DNA of 64,000 nt from Camelus ferus (Eukaryota): the NCBI RefSeq assembly GCF_009834535.1, contig NC_045696.1:11286001-11350000 (forward strand), given 5' to 3'. This document shows, in pieces, positions 12,194 through 23,610 of this stretch. The notes beneath the pieces are model-generated. The model did not search any database, had not been told where the DNA came from, and was given only the letters and a program-made list of their open reading frames with translations. Made by a program: the position numbers and the translations under genes. The number at the start of each line of letters is the position of its first letter. The stretch's first letter is position 1.

Positions 12194-12801
12194 TGAAGTG
12201 GGAGGAAAGGGGGCAGGGCACAATCCTTGGAGGATGGACACAGCAATTGAGGAAAGGACAGGACACACTGGTTAGAACCAAGATGGCAGAAGATCTGACT
12301 TCCAGTAGACCTTGAGCCTCATGGCACACCCACAGGCGCCCATGACAGTTTCTAGACTGACTACAAAAGGTCAAAAAGTAGGCGGGGGGAGCATTTCTTG
12401 GAAATCTTCGACCCCTTCCCCAAAGTAGTTGAAATAATCCTCCCACTCTTTCAGATATGTAATTACTGAGCCCATAATACCTAACAACTCCACGCCTCGT
12501 GGTCGCTCTCTCTCTCTCTCACCTTCTGAGACAGCCTGCACTCTGTCTATGGAGTGTGTATCTGATTTTACTTTAAACTAAACACCCCCACATCTCTTGG
12601 TCTGTCTCCCTCTCACCTTCTGAGATGGCCCACATTCTGCCTATGACGTGTGTATGTCCTAAGCTGTTTTCCCTTCTGAGTGAGACAGACTGCATGCTGT
12701 CTATGGAGTGTGTGTCTCTCTAAATAAACTTGCTTGCACTTTACCATGCCTTGCTCTTGAATTCTTTCCTCTGCAAGGCAAGGACCTGCTCTCCCACAAC
12801 A
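12194..12801 (+). mobile_element. MER41-like ERV1 solo LTR
   Basis: TG...CA ends, TSD ATCA/GTCA (1 mismatch), aaccaagatggc (YY1), GAS TTCTTGGAA followed by a gaaataatcctccc block as in MER41, three U3/R repeats, aataaacttgct, ttgaattctttcct. Confidence 0.8.
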
Positions 12802-13729
12802 GTCAGGGGCAAGGTGGAGGCAGAGCAGGGCTGTGAGGGATCATTATGAACCCCAGCCATGCCAGTTTATTCTTACAACCCCAGAGATCAAACCAGGGGC
12901 CCCTCCTTGCAAGATTAGATGACCTGAGTTACAACTCCCAGCAAGATAATTACATGTGTCCCAAATAGTAAAATAAGAAGTAGCACAGAACTGATGGCCA
13001 AGGTCAAGCAATTATAGAGAAGAAACCCAAGTGATTCTGACCAGAACCAAATATGTGACTGCTACACAATTTATTCTCTATGCCTAAGCTTTAAAAAAAA
13101 AAAAAAAGCCAGTAAGCCTGGAAGTCCTTCTCCGTTGCTAGTCATTTTGATTACAGTATCACTGCATGCAGCCATTTTTTTTCCATCAACAAAATAGCAA
13201 ATCCTCAAACAATAGTTTCCTACAAGATGCAATTAACTTGTTATTTCTTTTGTTTCTCTTCCCTACCCCTACCATGAAGATTATAGCACAATTGATGTGC
13301 AAGACCCTTGGTTAAAGACAACTGCTGAGGAAAATTCAGAAATGCAATTCGTCTCTAAATAGGTCACTTGCAAAGCAAAGAATTGGAGTGCTCACTGAAC
13401 TGAGCTGAGCTCGTTGGATTCATTGACTCATGCCTTTATTTAGAAAACAAAGAATTCATCTAAGAAAGCAATTAAATTCTGGCCTATTGGTCTTTTGTAA
13501 AATGGACTATTATCTGTTTGTATAAAATGTAAAGGTTAAGGGAGTGTAGGCAATTGCCCCTTTGTGGTTACATTTTGTTTTCAAATAGGAGCAATCTTGC
13601 TGTGTATGTCAAAGCTGAATAAGATAAAACGATGATTTCCAGGTTCCTGATGATTCTTCTGACCTCTGCTCACTGTCTAATAAATACCCTGTAGAGAAGG
13701 AAGGAAGAAAGGCAAATTTTTAAGGCCAC

Positions 13730-14200
13730 TTTTTTTTGGTAATGGCTTTCTTTGAGATATAATTCACATACCATACAATTTACACATTTAAGTATATAAC
13801 TTAATGATTTTGACTACATTCACAGAGTTGTGAATCCATCACCATAATTGATTTGGAAACATTCTTGTCACTTGTTCAAAAAGAAACCCCAGCCAGAGGC
13901 AACCACCAATCTACTTTCTGTCTTTATGGATTTGCTTATTCTGTACACGTCACATAAAGAAAATTGTATAATATGTGATCTTTTGTGATTGGCTTATTTC
14001 ATGTAGCATGTTTTCAATTTTAATCTATCTTGTAGCATCTTTTATCCATTCATCTATTGATGGACATTTGGGTTATTTCCTCTTTTTGGCTATTATGAGT
14101 AGGCTGCTAGGAACATTTGTGTATATGTTTCTGAGTGAACATATGTTTTTATTTCCCTTGGCTATATACCTATGGGTTGAATTGTCAGGCCATAGGTTAA
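13730..14200 (-). mobile_element. L1MB-like 3' end
   Basis: ttgagatataattcacataccatacaatt...gatggacatttgggttatttcc. Confidence 0.85.
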
Positions 14201-14209
14201 ACTGGATCT

Positions 14210-15234
14210 TTTAAATAAATATGTCAACTCTGGAATCAGATTCTTTCCCCTTTCCAGGATTTGTCATTGTTGTTTGTTTAGTGATTTTCTGAATTAATTC
14301 TGTAAAGTCTGTATTCTTTGTCATGGGTGGCCATGAAGTCTCTGCTCATTTAGCTTAGGGATATCCTAATGATTGGACAGAGGGTGCTTAAGTGTTCAAA
14401 ACCAATAAGTCTAAATCTTTGTGAGGAGCTCTGTGTGTGTTGAAGGTACATCTTCAACACTCAGATACATAGTTTACAACTCTGCCTTAGCCTTTATTTC
14501 CTGCCTGCACAGAGCATCAAGGTCAGTCAGAGTTGAGAGCTTACGACCTTTTCAGTTCTTGCTTGAACATGACACAGCTTTGATCATGCCCACAGACCTA
14601 TGCACATGTGTGGCTTTCTAGATTCCCAGAAATATACCAGAGCTTTGCAAATCCCCCTCTGAATAAGTCATTCCCCAGCTTTTTCTTTGAAGCTTGCTGA
14701 TTGGCTTATTGTTTCCCCCAACTGTTATGCACTGTCTCAGACAGCCATGATGTTAAACAACTGTCTCTGATTGTTTTCAACAAATGTCTTGTGGCAAAGC
14801 CTGTTTGTACTTGGAGAGCTCTGAGTTATGTCAAATAAAGATAATGTTGTTAATAAGTTCTTCCAGAGAACCACCAGACTGGTCAAATAATGATAGTTCT
14901 TGGAAATGGGGCTCTGAAGGGGCTGTAACCCTGTTTTGCTCTCCCCAGTGGCTTCCAGGCTGTTGGTTTTCACTGTGATTGTGGGCTATTGATTTTTCAA
15001 GAGTATAACAGATCTGAGAGTAGGTGGATGAGACCACAGCAAGTTCAAATGCTGTAGAGTTCTCTGTTCTTACCAAGATTCAGCCATTTTTCTTTAATAA
15101 GTGCACCCTGGATTGCTGCTAGCCTTTGGCTAATTTCTACATGTCTGAAAATTTTGAATCTGACAATTTTTGCCAGTGTTTTTATGGAGGAGTGATGTTT
15201 CAGAGATTCTTAGTCCATCATTTTTGCTGACATC
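14210..15234 (-). mobile_element. L1M 5' region, same family as 54530-55540
   Basis: caactctggaatcagattct, ggccatgaagtctctgct, cttaccaagattcagcc, tgacaatttttgccagtg, all shared with the copy at 54.5 kb. Confidence 0.75.
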
Positions 15235-15251
15235 CCACATAATGCATTTTT

Positions 15252-15306
15252 TAAAAACTTTTTTTATTGAGTTATAGTCATTTTACAATGTTGTGTCAAA
15301 TTCCAG
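15252..15306 (-). mobile_element. 55-bp truncated camelid L1 3' end with 17-bp TSD
   Basis: ttttattgagttatagtcattttacaatgttgtgtcaaattccag matches the terminus of the L1 at 40498; flanked by CCACA(T/C)AATGCATTTTT. Confidence 0.85.
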
Positions 15307-16399
15307 CCACACAATGCATTTTTATGGTGATGGCACCACAAAGTCTTGGAACCTCCTTACAATCTAAGATTTCTCATCATGGTCTAAATTCCAATATTCT
15401 CTCTTGTTATCTTTTTGTTTACATAGAGTTACAAATAATGGGAAAATTGGACATCAGATAACTTACACTAAATTATGTCTTTCCACTTTTGATTCAGATA
15501 CCTAGGTTAGTCTAATCATGAAAAAAAAGTCATCACATGCCAGAGAAAAAGGTGACTAATGGTTAATCAGAATAAGCCAGGAGGCGCCTTCTAATCCTCT
15601 ATAGGACAAAAGACAAAGAAGAGAGGCAACAGTTTGCTTCATGCCCCAACAAAAAGAAGACACTTAAATTCAGCCAGCCTCTGCCTTCCCTCTAGAGCTA
15701 AGGTGGTATGTCCTGCCCTACCTGGACCTCCTGTGAGTCCTGGACTGTTCCCTAGTAAACATTAACACATGGCTTAACTCCCCACTCACCTCACACCTCT
15801 ATCCCTTGCCTCTTGGCCTATTAGGGGCCAATTTTCTGGGAAATTAGCTCTGTTGGGAAGCCACCATTTTTCCTGTTTAATGACAGCTAGCAGAAAAGCT
15901 TTTAACAACCAGGCCAGAGCCAGAAATGTCTCCCAAATGTTGCCCCTCAATGCTGCCCCTGTAAGTTTGGGTGGAAAAGCGATTCAGCCCAGACAAGGTG
16001 AGCAGAGGCGGCGGATGCCCTCTGGGGCAGGGCAGGAGAGACAGTGAGCAGGCCTGGGCAGCAGACTGCTGACTGGCCCTGGCTGTGACCCTGATTTGCA
16101 ATGTCTCTTTCAGAAGCTTTCAAATCACATTAGGCTCTGGCTGTCACTGACTTGATGCGTGATGTCAGAATTGCCAAGAGCTCTTCCGCCTGGCCTCATT
16201 AGGCAGCCCAAGCCCCTCGGGAGGCGAGCTTTGCAGCCTCTAGTCATTGCTTGGCCTGCTTCCCTCCTCTAAACTGCCCCACCTGCCTCTACCAGCTGCC
16301 TTTCCTCTCACAGAGTCCCAGGTATTCCCCCTCATCATCCCCGACTCAGCCACCAGACACAGGCCCGGGGTATGCTCTGGCGTGGCTAGATTTTGTCCA

Positions 16400-16490
16400 T
16401 CCTGTGGTCTCAACCCTGGCTTCACATTAGAATCATCTGGGGAAATTTAAAAAATACCAAGACCTGAATCCTACTCTGGGCCAGTTAAGT
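16400..16490. mobile_element. MER5-like hAT fragment
   Basis: gtggtctcaaccctggcttcacattagaatcatctggggaaatttaaaaaatacc. Confidence 0.7.
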
Positions 16491-16499
16491 CTCAGGAGA

Positions 16500-16630
16500 G
16501 GCCTGTGATTTTTCAGATGAGGAGACTGAGGCCACAAATAGGTAAGTGACTTCTCAATTTTGCACAGCGAGTGAGCGGACTGCTCCAGGATCCTGACTCC
16601 CAGCTCAGTGCTCCCTGGACTAATACTGCA
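16500..16630 (-). mobile_element. MIR SINE
   Basis: ttttcagatgaggagactgaggc...ggtaagtgactt...cctgactcccagctcagtgctc. Confidence 0.8.
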
Positions 16631-17381
16631 GTGGTCTCTACTATCTTTCTGAATCCAAACCTAGATTTCTCAAACTGTCAAGACTTTCATTCCTAGATAT
16701 GGTAATGGGAGTATGTGTGTTTCTTTTCAGGATTTTAAAAAGCTTGATAAAAATTATGTCTTAGTCTTTGATTAGAACACATGGACTACTGCTTAGTAAG
16801 TATAAATTGTTTGAAAGACAAAAAGCTTTTAAAACTCAAGAGCTCATAGAAGAAAATTAATAAAGAGGTCACTGGTCAATCATTTGTTTAAAAAAAAAAA
16901 AAGGGGTGTGTAGTGTGGCACAAAACCTCCCTGACTAGACCCTTGCAACTTTGTCTAAATCCAGCTCTCTTACTCTCCAAGGTTCTGGCTGGTGGATCTG
17001 GCATGGTCAGAAATGCAAATGGATTGAATGTAATGCACTGTCCAAGTAGAGCCTCACCAATGGCCAAGAGTGGGGCTCTGAGTGAATGACCAGGGGCACG
17101 TGGTGGAGCTCTAGTGTCTTATCCCAGGGTAGAGGCTTTCAGGCTTTCAAGGTGGACCTGATTGCTATGCTCATCAGAGGAGAAAAGTGGAAGGGTGCAG
17201 GGTCAAGGGCCCGGGCACCCCAGAAAGTGTGAAAGTGCAGACTTTAAGGAAGTGACCCCTCCCTCTGGTGAGCTCTGGCCAGTGAGTGTCAGATGCTCAT
17301 CAGAGAGGTCACTGCTGTCTCCTAGAGGACAAGAGAAAAAGAAATGAAAGAGAATAGGAGTGTTTTTTGTCTCTACTCCCT

Positions 17382-17710
17382 TTGGTAGGCTGAATGATGA
17401 CCCCCAAAGATGCCCACGTCCTAATCTCCAGACTCTGTTCATTGTTCAACCTCTCCAGGTGGGTCCAATGTAATCACAAGGATCCCTATAAGAAGGAGTC
17501 AGGAGGGTCAGAGTCAGAGAGATGTGACCATGGATGCAGAGGCCAGAGTGACGTGGCCACAGGCCAACAAATGCAGGTAGCCTCTTGAAGCTGGAAAAAG
17601 CAAGGAACTGGATCCTCCCCTGGAGATTCTAGAGAGAACTGGTCCTGCCCACATCTTGGCTTTGGCCCAGTGAGACTGATTTTGGACTTCTGACCTTAAG
17701 AACATTAGAA
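17382..17710 (+). mobile_element. MLT1C/D-like MaLR LTR
   Basis: tggtaggctgaatgatgacccccaaagatgcccacgtcctaatc...gcccagtgagactgattttggacttctgacct. Confidence 0.85.
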
Positions 17711-17749
17711 GACTTCTTAGAATAGTCATGATAGTCATATAGCTATTTT

Positions 17750-18430
17750 TTTTTTCAGTTCAAACATTAATACTTGAATACAGTCCTCACTTGAAAGATA
17801 GAAAAGGGCATATAGTGCAAAGAGACACTCTCCTCTCCCATCTCCCAGCCACCGGTTTCTTCTCTCTAGAAGGAACTACAGTTAGCCACTTTCTTCTGGA
17901 TACTTTTGGAGTAGTTCCGTGCAAACACGAGCATATATCTACATAAACATCTACTTTGTGCAAACAGTCGCATATTACACACCATATTGTGCATTTTCTT
18001 TTTTCCCTTCATGTTATCATGGAGCTAATTCTGTATGGGAGTGTACAGTGCTGAGTCTTATTTTTAATGGCAGCATGATTTCCTTTGCATGTAGGTATCG
18101 TCATTTTTACAACCAGTCATTTAGTGGTGGATATTTGAGTTGTTTCCAATCGCTTTCCAGTTCAAGCAGTACTGCTGTGAATCCCCTAGCAGTACTGCAT
18201 TTTGTGTACGTGTAAGATACCCACTGGATAAAATCCTAGAAGAGGGGTGGCTCCGTCAAAGAGCAGGTGCACTTTTTCATTTGGCTAGATATCACCAAGG
18301 TGCCCATGTCAGAGATCGTACCAATTCGCACTCTCAGCAGCAGTGTTTGAAGGTGTCTGTTCCCCAGCCCCCAGCAAAGCAGTGTGTCATCTTGACTTGA
18401 TCTTTTTAAACAGCTTGACAGGTGAAAACT
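17750..18430 (-). mobile_element. L1ME-like 3' region
   Basis: gtggtggatatttgagttgtttccaa, ggataaaatcctagaag, taccaattcgcactctcagcagcagtgt. Confidence 0.75.
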
Positions 18431-19993
18431 TGGAGAGCTTGATCAGCTCTGAAAATGGAGTCTGGAGAAGTACTGGGTCTTAGGATGAGTCATCAGTGAC
18501 CAAGCCTGGAAGGCTTCCTGCCCGTGTCCCCAGCAGCTGCACCTCTACCTAGGTCAGGGCACGTCTGAACCGAGACCAGCACCCTCTCTTCCCCACACGG
18601 CCCTTGGTGCTCCTGGACGTGCTGGTGTGAGAGTCTGACTTCTCCAGCTCTTTCTTGAACAGCATCCTTTATGGCTGGATAACGGGGCTTTGCAGCTGAG
18701 AAAGCAAAGTCTGGGGCATCCAGGGACATGACATGCTGCATGTTCCTGCTGCCCCGGGAAGTCAAAGGATGAAAGCATGACTGCCTTTTCAGGGCACATT
18801 AAAGTCACGCCTTCTGACTGCTCTCCATTTGACACTTGTCAGGCCTCTCTGAGTAATCTGAATAACAACTTTATATAAGGGGAAGTCAACCAGCCACTCA
18901 AAAAAAAAACACCACACAGGTCGCTTTGATGTTAGCCTTTCCTCCCCAACTTGACCTGCCTCTGTCCTGTCTCCCTCCAGAAGGCTGATTTCACCAGTAG
19001 CTTAAGTAGCCTATAGTCACCCTCTAGTTAAAAGTTTTAGGTTTTCTCTCTTCCAAAAGCTTCTTATTTACCAAATTGTGCCCCACAGGTATCTATGATG
19101 CTAAAATCAGAGTATGGCGGTGAGGGAGGTGTGTGTGGAGTGCAGCCCAGGGAGTCTCTTTGTGGGTACTGAGATAGAGGACTGGGAGAGGAGAAAGTGG
19201 GGTTTCTGGTCTTATCAGATATTTAGTCTCCAAAAAACTTAGAGTGACTCTCTCAATGCAGCTGGGGATTAAATCATATAGTTTGGACCATGCTCTTTGT
19301 ACATAGCATTCTGGTCATCTTTCTTTTCCTTTTATTTTTTTCCCCCTGTTGCAGCTTGCATTATTATGAAGTCCATCGGGAGAAATGTCTGGCCAAACGG
19401 TCAGCCACAGGAACAGGAAGCTCGTTAATTTTCTAATGCCCCGTCCAAAATAGATCCTCCCTGAAGACTTCCATCCAGGTTGCCTGCCTAGGATTGCCCT
19501 CAGAGCACAGCTCAGAGTCGGTAGAAAGAGGGCTGAGTTTGCCTATCTCCTGGGAACCCTGCAAGCAGGATCACAGGGAGGTGGCAGCCATCTCCAGCAA
19601 CAGGCTCTGTCATTAGGAGATGGTGCCTGAGATGTCAGTTAAAGTATACAGTTGGCAGGGAGTGCAGATAATTCCAATCAAAACTGAGAGAAGACAGAAG
19701 TGTAATTTGGTGGAGCATTTGCAGTTTCTTCCTCCACCGTTTCTCCAGTTGAAAATCTTGCCCATTGCTTGACTTGTGTGGGCTGTTGACCAGCTGGACA
19801 AAGAAAGAGCGTGCATGTGAATTTGAAAGTCTTCTTAAAGAGATAGTAGTTGATCTACTTTTAACGCCTCTATTAAAAATGAGCGGGTCATACTGTTTGT
19901 CTTCTCCCCAGAGACCATGAAGCTGCTCTGACTTATCAGGAAACATCTCTGCTCCCCACACTTTGTTCCAAGCGCACAACAAAATTCGTTTTC

Positions 19994-20385
19994 TTTCTTT
20001 TAAAAGTTTTTTTATTGCACTATAGTCAGTTACAATGTGTCAATATCTGGTATACAGCATAATGTTTCAGTCATACATAGATAAACCTGTATTTGTTTTC
20101 ATATTCTTTTTTTTTTTGAGGTACAGTGAGTTTACAATGTTGTGCCAATTTCTGGTGTACAGCACAATTCTTCAGTCATACATGAATATACATGTATTCA
20201 TTTTCATATTCTTTTTCACCATGAGCTACTACAAGATATTGAATATACTTCCCTGTGCTACACAGTATAAACTTATCTATTTTATATATACCTGTCAGTA
20301 TCTGCAAATTTCGAACTCCCAGTTTATCCCTTCCCACCCACTTCCCCCCTGGCAACCACAAGTCTGTGTTCTATGTCTGTATTCT
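19994..20385 (-). mobile_element. Camelid/artiodactyl L1 3' end with a doubled terminal ~105 bp
   Basis: TSD GCACAACAAAATT (19974-19986, 20386-20398); two tandem copies of the terminal segment. Confidence 0.88.
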
Positions 20386-20809
20386 GCACAACAAAATTAA
20401 TTTTCAAGGAATCTTTGTGCTTATGACATCATAATGTTCACCGTGTGGATGTGGGGATGGGGCACAAGGTCCATTAAAATACATCAATTCTATCCAACGG
20501 CCAATGTCAACCCGGAGCCCTTCTTGATGCTGTATCAAAGACGCAGAAGGACATGGTGAGGAAATACATAAAATAAATTCAAAAGGCTAATGAAGAAGAG
20601 TTCATCCTTTCTAAGCATCCAAGTGTGTGAATCAAAACACCACCAAGATTCTGCTTTCTTGTCTCCTAATTGCTCTTGTCTTCAAGTTGCTGAAGTTAAT
20701 TTATTTTATTTTATTATTATCTTGTATTGAAGTACTGTCAGTTGTTGAAGCTATTTAAAAATAATTTTGAATATTGTTGAGGTGTAAGATAATTACAATA
20801 GTATTATTA

Positions 20810-21060
20810 ATAGTAATAGTAACAATAAACACCAGAGTGTTTACTATGAGCTAGAGCTAAAAAATCCCATTTTTACAAGTAATAACTCATTCATTCCCAC
20901 CACAATCCTATGAGGTGGATATATTTTATCGCCATGGTGAGCTTGAAGACACTGAGCATGGAAGGGTCATGTGACCTACCCAAGGTCACACAGCTAGGGA
21001 GTGGATGCCAGAGCCCCTGGTAGATCTGTTGGAAACACCCAGCTTTCAGTCTTAAAGTCT
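20810..21060 (-). mobile_element. MIR SINE
   Basis: cacaatcctatgaggtggat...gtgacctacccaaggtcacacagctag. Confidence 0.8.
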
Positions 21061-21982
21061 GAGACTTTGCGGAGAACCCATTTGGGGAAGTGTTTCTCAA
21101 GACTGGAGCGGCAGTGGGAAAAGAGTTGGATTAGTAGCTAAACAGCATCATTTCCCATTCTCTGGCCCTGGGCACGTTATGCAACGTCTCTGAGTTTTGA
21201 TTTCTTTACCGGAACACTGCGGATGACGTTACTCCAAAGGGAAGGGAGAAGATGGGCTATACTAATTTGCTCATGGGAAAATCCTTTCCTAGGGTCCTGG
21301 GCAAGATGCTAAAACAAAGACTCAGCCCCCTGCTCTTCTGGGACTCTGTGTTAATTAAGCAAAGGAGTCTGTGTGTTTGAGGAATAACGATCTCAAAGGG
21401 CCCATTTAACCTGTCAAAATCACAAGACTAAATAAACTTTGGCAAATTGTCCCTAAAATGCTTTAACATACGCTAAGCTTTTTGCAGGAGCAGTTCTCAT
21501 CCGTCTCTAGGAACCCATCCAAGGTTTAACACACTTTGATGTTATTTTTTTCAGAGTTTATGATTATCTGGAGGATTCCATTAAAGGCAAGTAACTCTTA
21601 AAGCCACACTGTATCAAATGAATTTTCCTTTAGATGAGCTGCCTTACATAAATAAAATGGCTCCTTCGAGACGGAGCACCACAGCGAGTACTTTGCTTGC
21701 AAAGTAAGCACCTGCGTTTTTGCCTAAGGAGAGAATCGGACTAGCAGTGTGCCATTTCCAACTATTTCAAACCAGGGCAGTTTGCCCACTGTTTGGCTCT
21801 GCCTCCTCATTGGCAGGGAGGGACGAGAAGTTCAAGCTCAGGGTTCAGCCTCTACAGAACGAACACGATGTAGTTGTTCTTCACTTGCTACCTACGACCA
21901 ACAGCATTTAGAGTAAGACTGAAATCCACAGTTACGCTGAGTTGTTAAAAAGGATCTACAAAGTCAAAGCTCATGGAAATTG

Positions 21983-22120
21983 GTGGTTGCTTGACTTTGG
22001 GGGGGTCACAGAACTTTTGAGGACTTAATAAAACAAGAACTCTCCAGGAAAAATGCATATCCACATGTTCATTGAAAAGTTTGTGTACAGTTTCAGGAGC
22101 TTTCAGATTAAGAATCTCTG
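21983..22120. mobile_element. Short hAT-Charlie non-autonomous element
   Basis: ggggtcacagaacttttgag...tgtacagtttcagg...attaagaatctctg; a related inverted copy lies near 38400-38530. Confidence 0.55.
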
Positions 22121-22231
22121 ATGGAGAGAGAGGAAGAGGGGGTGGGGAGAAATACATTAAAACCTTGACTTTTTTTTTTTTTTTTTTTTTTGCCTGAGCC
22201 TTAAATTTAGTCCTGGACTTTAAGGTGCATG

Positions 22232-22402
22232 CAAGACTGGTTATAGAGTTTGCAGGACCCAGTGCCAAATGAAAATGTGGGGGCCACTTGCAAAAAAATT
22301 ATTGGGAATTTTGAGACAGTAAGAGCAGAGCAGTAAACTAGGCATGGGGTCCTTCTGCGTGGGGCACACGCTTGTGTACTGGCTCTTGGCACATGAGGCC
22401 AG
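22232..22402 (-). mobile_element. MER45A-like hAT-Tip100 DNA transposon
   Basis: caagactggttatagagtttgcaggacccagtgccaaatgaaaatgtgggg...agcagagcagtaaactaggcatggggtccttctg. Confidence 0.8.
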
Positions 22403-23054
22403 AGTGGGCTCTTCTGGTCTGTTTTTGAAATAATAGCCTTGAAAAATGAAATATCCTGCATTGAGAAATGTTTGGTGAATTTGATATTATAATTTTAAAC
22501 TTCAACATGATCTTTGTATTTATGATGGATAAATTTTTAAAAATTAAACAAAAAAATCCAGCAAAAGCCAGTCTCTTTCCCTGCTTATGCCAGTGCAGGA
22601 CTGTTAGCAAAAGATGCAGCACCTCCCTCCGTAGAAGGCAGCTGTGGGCAGATCAGCTGAAAACATATTATCTGGCTGGTGGCTCTACCAGACCAGCTGC
22701 ACTGGGGTATCTGAGAGGCGTCACCTTTAAAGTCTGATGCTTATGAAATGTGACCATTTAACAGGTTTATATTTATCAGAGTACCACATACACATGGTAT
22801 AAAAAAACCTGAACATTTCCCAATGACTTATATGAAAAAAACAGCTGTCTCTTTAATGTACTACCCTCTCCCTTCCCTTTTTCCAGGATTTTCAACTCTG
22901 GAGCTGTTTCTTGGGTTATTGACCAACATTTTTCTAGTTAAGATGCTTATCTGCAATTTTTGGGTTTATCGGTTTTCATCATTATCTGCTGACTTCTAGA
23001 AATGGACATTTGTTATATTTTGAACATTCCTCAGTATTCTGGTCATTTCCTGCA

Positions 23055-23468
23055 TTCCCAAGATAGAAGCCATAAAAATTGCATTCTCAGCCTCCCTTCC
23101 AGCTGGGGTGTAGGAATGTAATTTAGACTTCATCAGTCAGTTGCACCTGTTCGAGTTTTGATTCCGAAGCTAGCCCATGATGAAAGGGGCAGGTAGGGAG
23201 AGGAGCCTTCTGGCACCCGGGGTGGTGCAGGGTCTGGCTTTGGTGAGCCTCTGATGCACAGTGCAGGGTGTCAGTGGTGTGATGTGTTGGCTGTGGTGTG
23301 GGTTTCGGGCACTGGAGACAGTGAGGCACCCACCAGTGCAGCCTATAGTGAGTTAGGCATTGTTGCTGCAGATTCTGGAATGCCACCCGATTTGACAATT
23401 TCATTTCCTGCTTTAATGGGCCAGAGTGGAGTCTGCTGTTTGTAACTAGGAGCCTTGGCTACACACTG
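23055..23468 (+). mobile_element. Old MaLR (MLT1-type) LTR
   Basis: cattctcagcctcccttccagctgggg...gccagagtggagtctgctgtttgtaactaggagcc...ctacaca. Confidence 0.6.
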
Positions 23469-23610
23469 GGTAGATGAAACTGTGGCTCCCTCAACCCTGC
23501 TCCCCATATCCCATTATGGCCCCTTCATCTGTTTTGGTTAAATTAGTCTTCAGTATTTTGCCTGATAAGGACCCTACCAATGTTGCTGATCGCTGAGCCA
23601 AGTTGCAGAT

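Noticed and set aside
4714..12801. A full-length provirus between the LTRs
   Set aside because: The LTRs are from different families, most have their own TSDs, and there is no PBS, gag, pol or env sequence between them.
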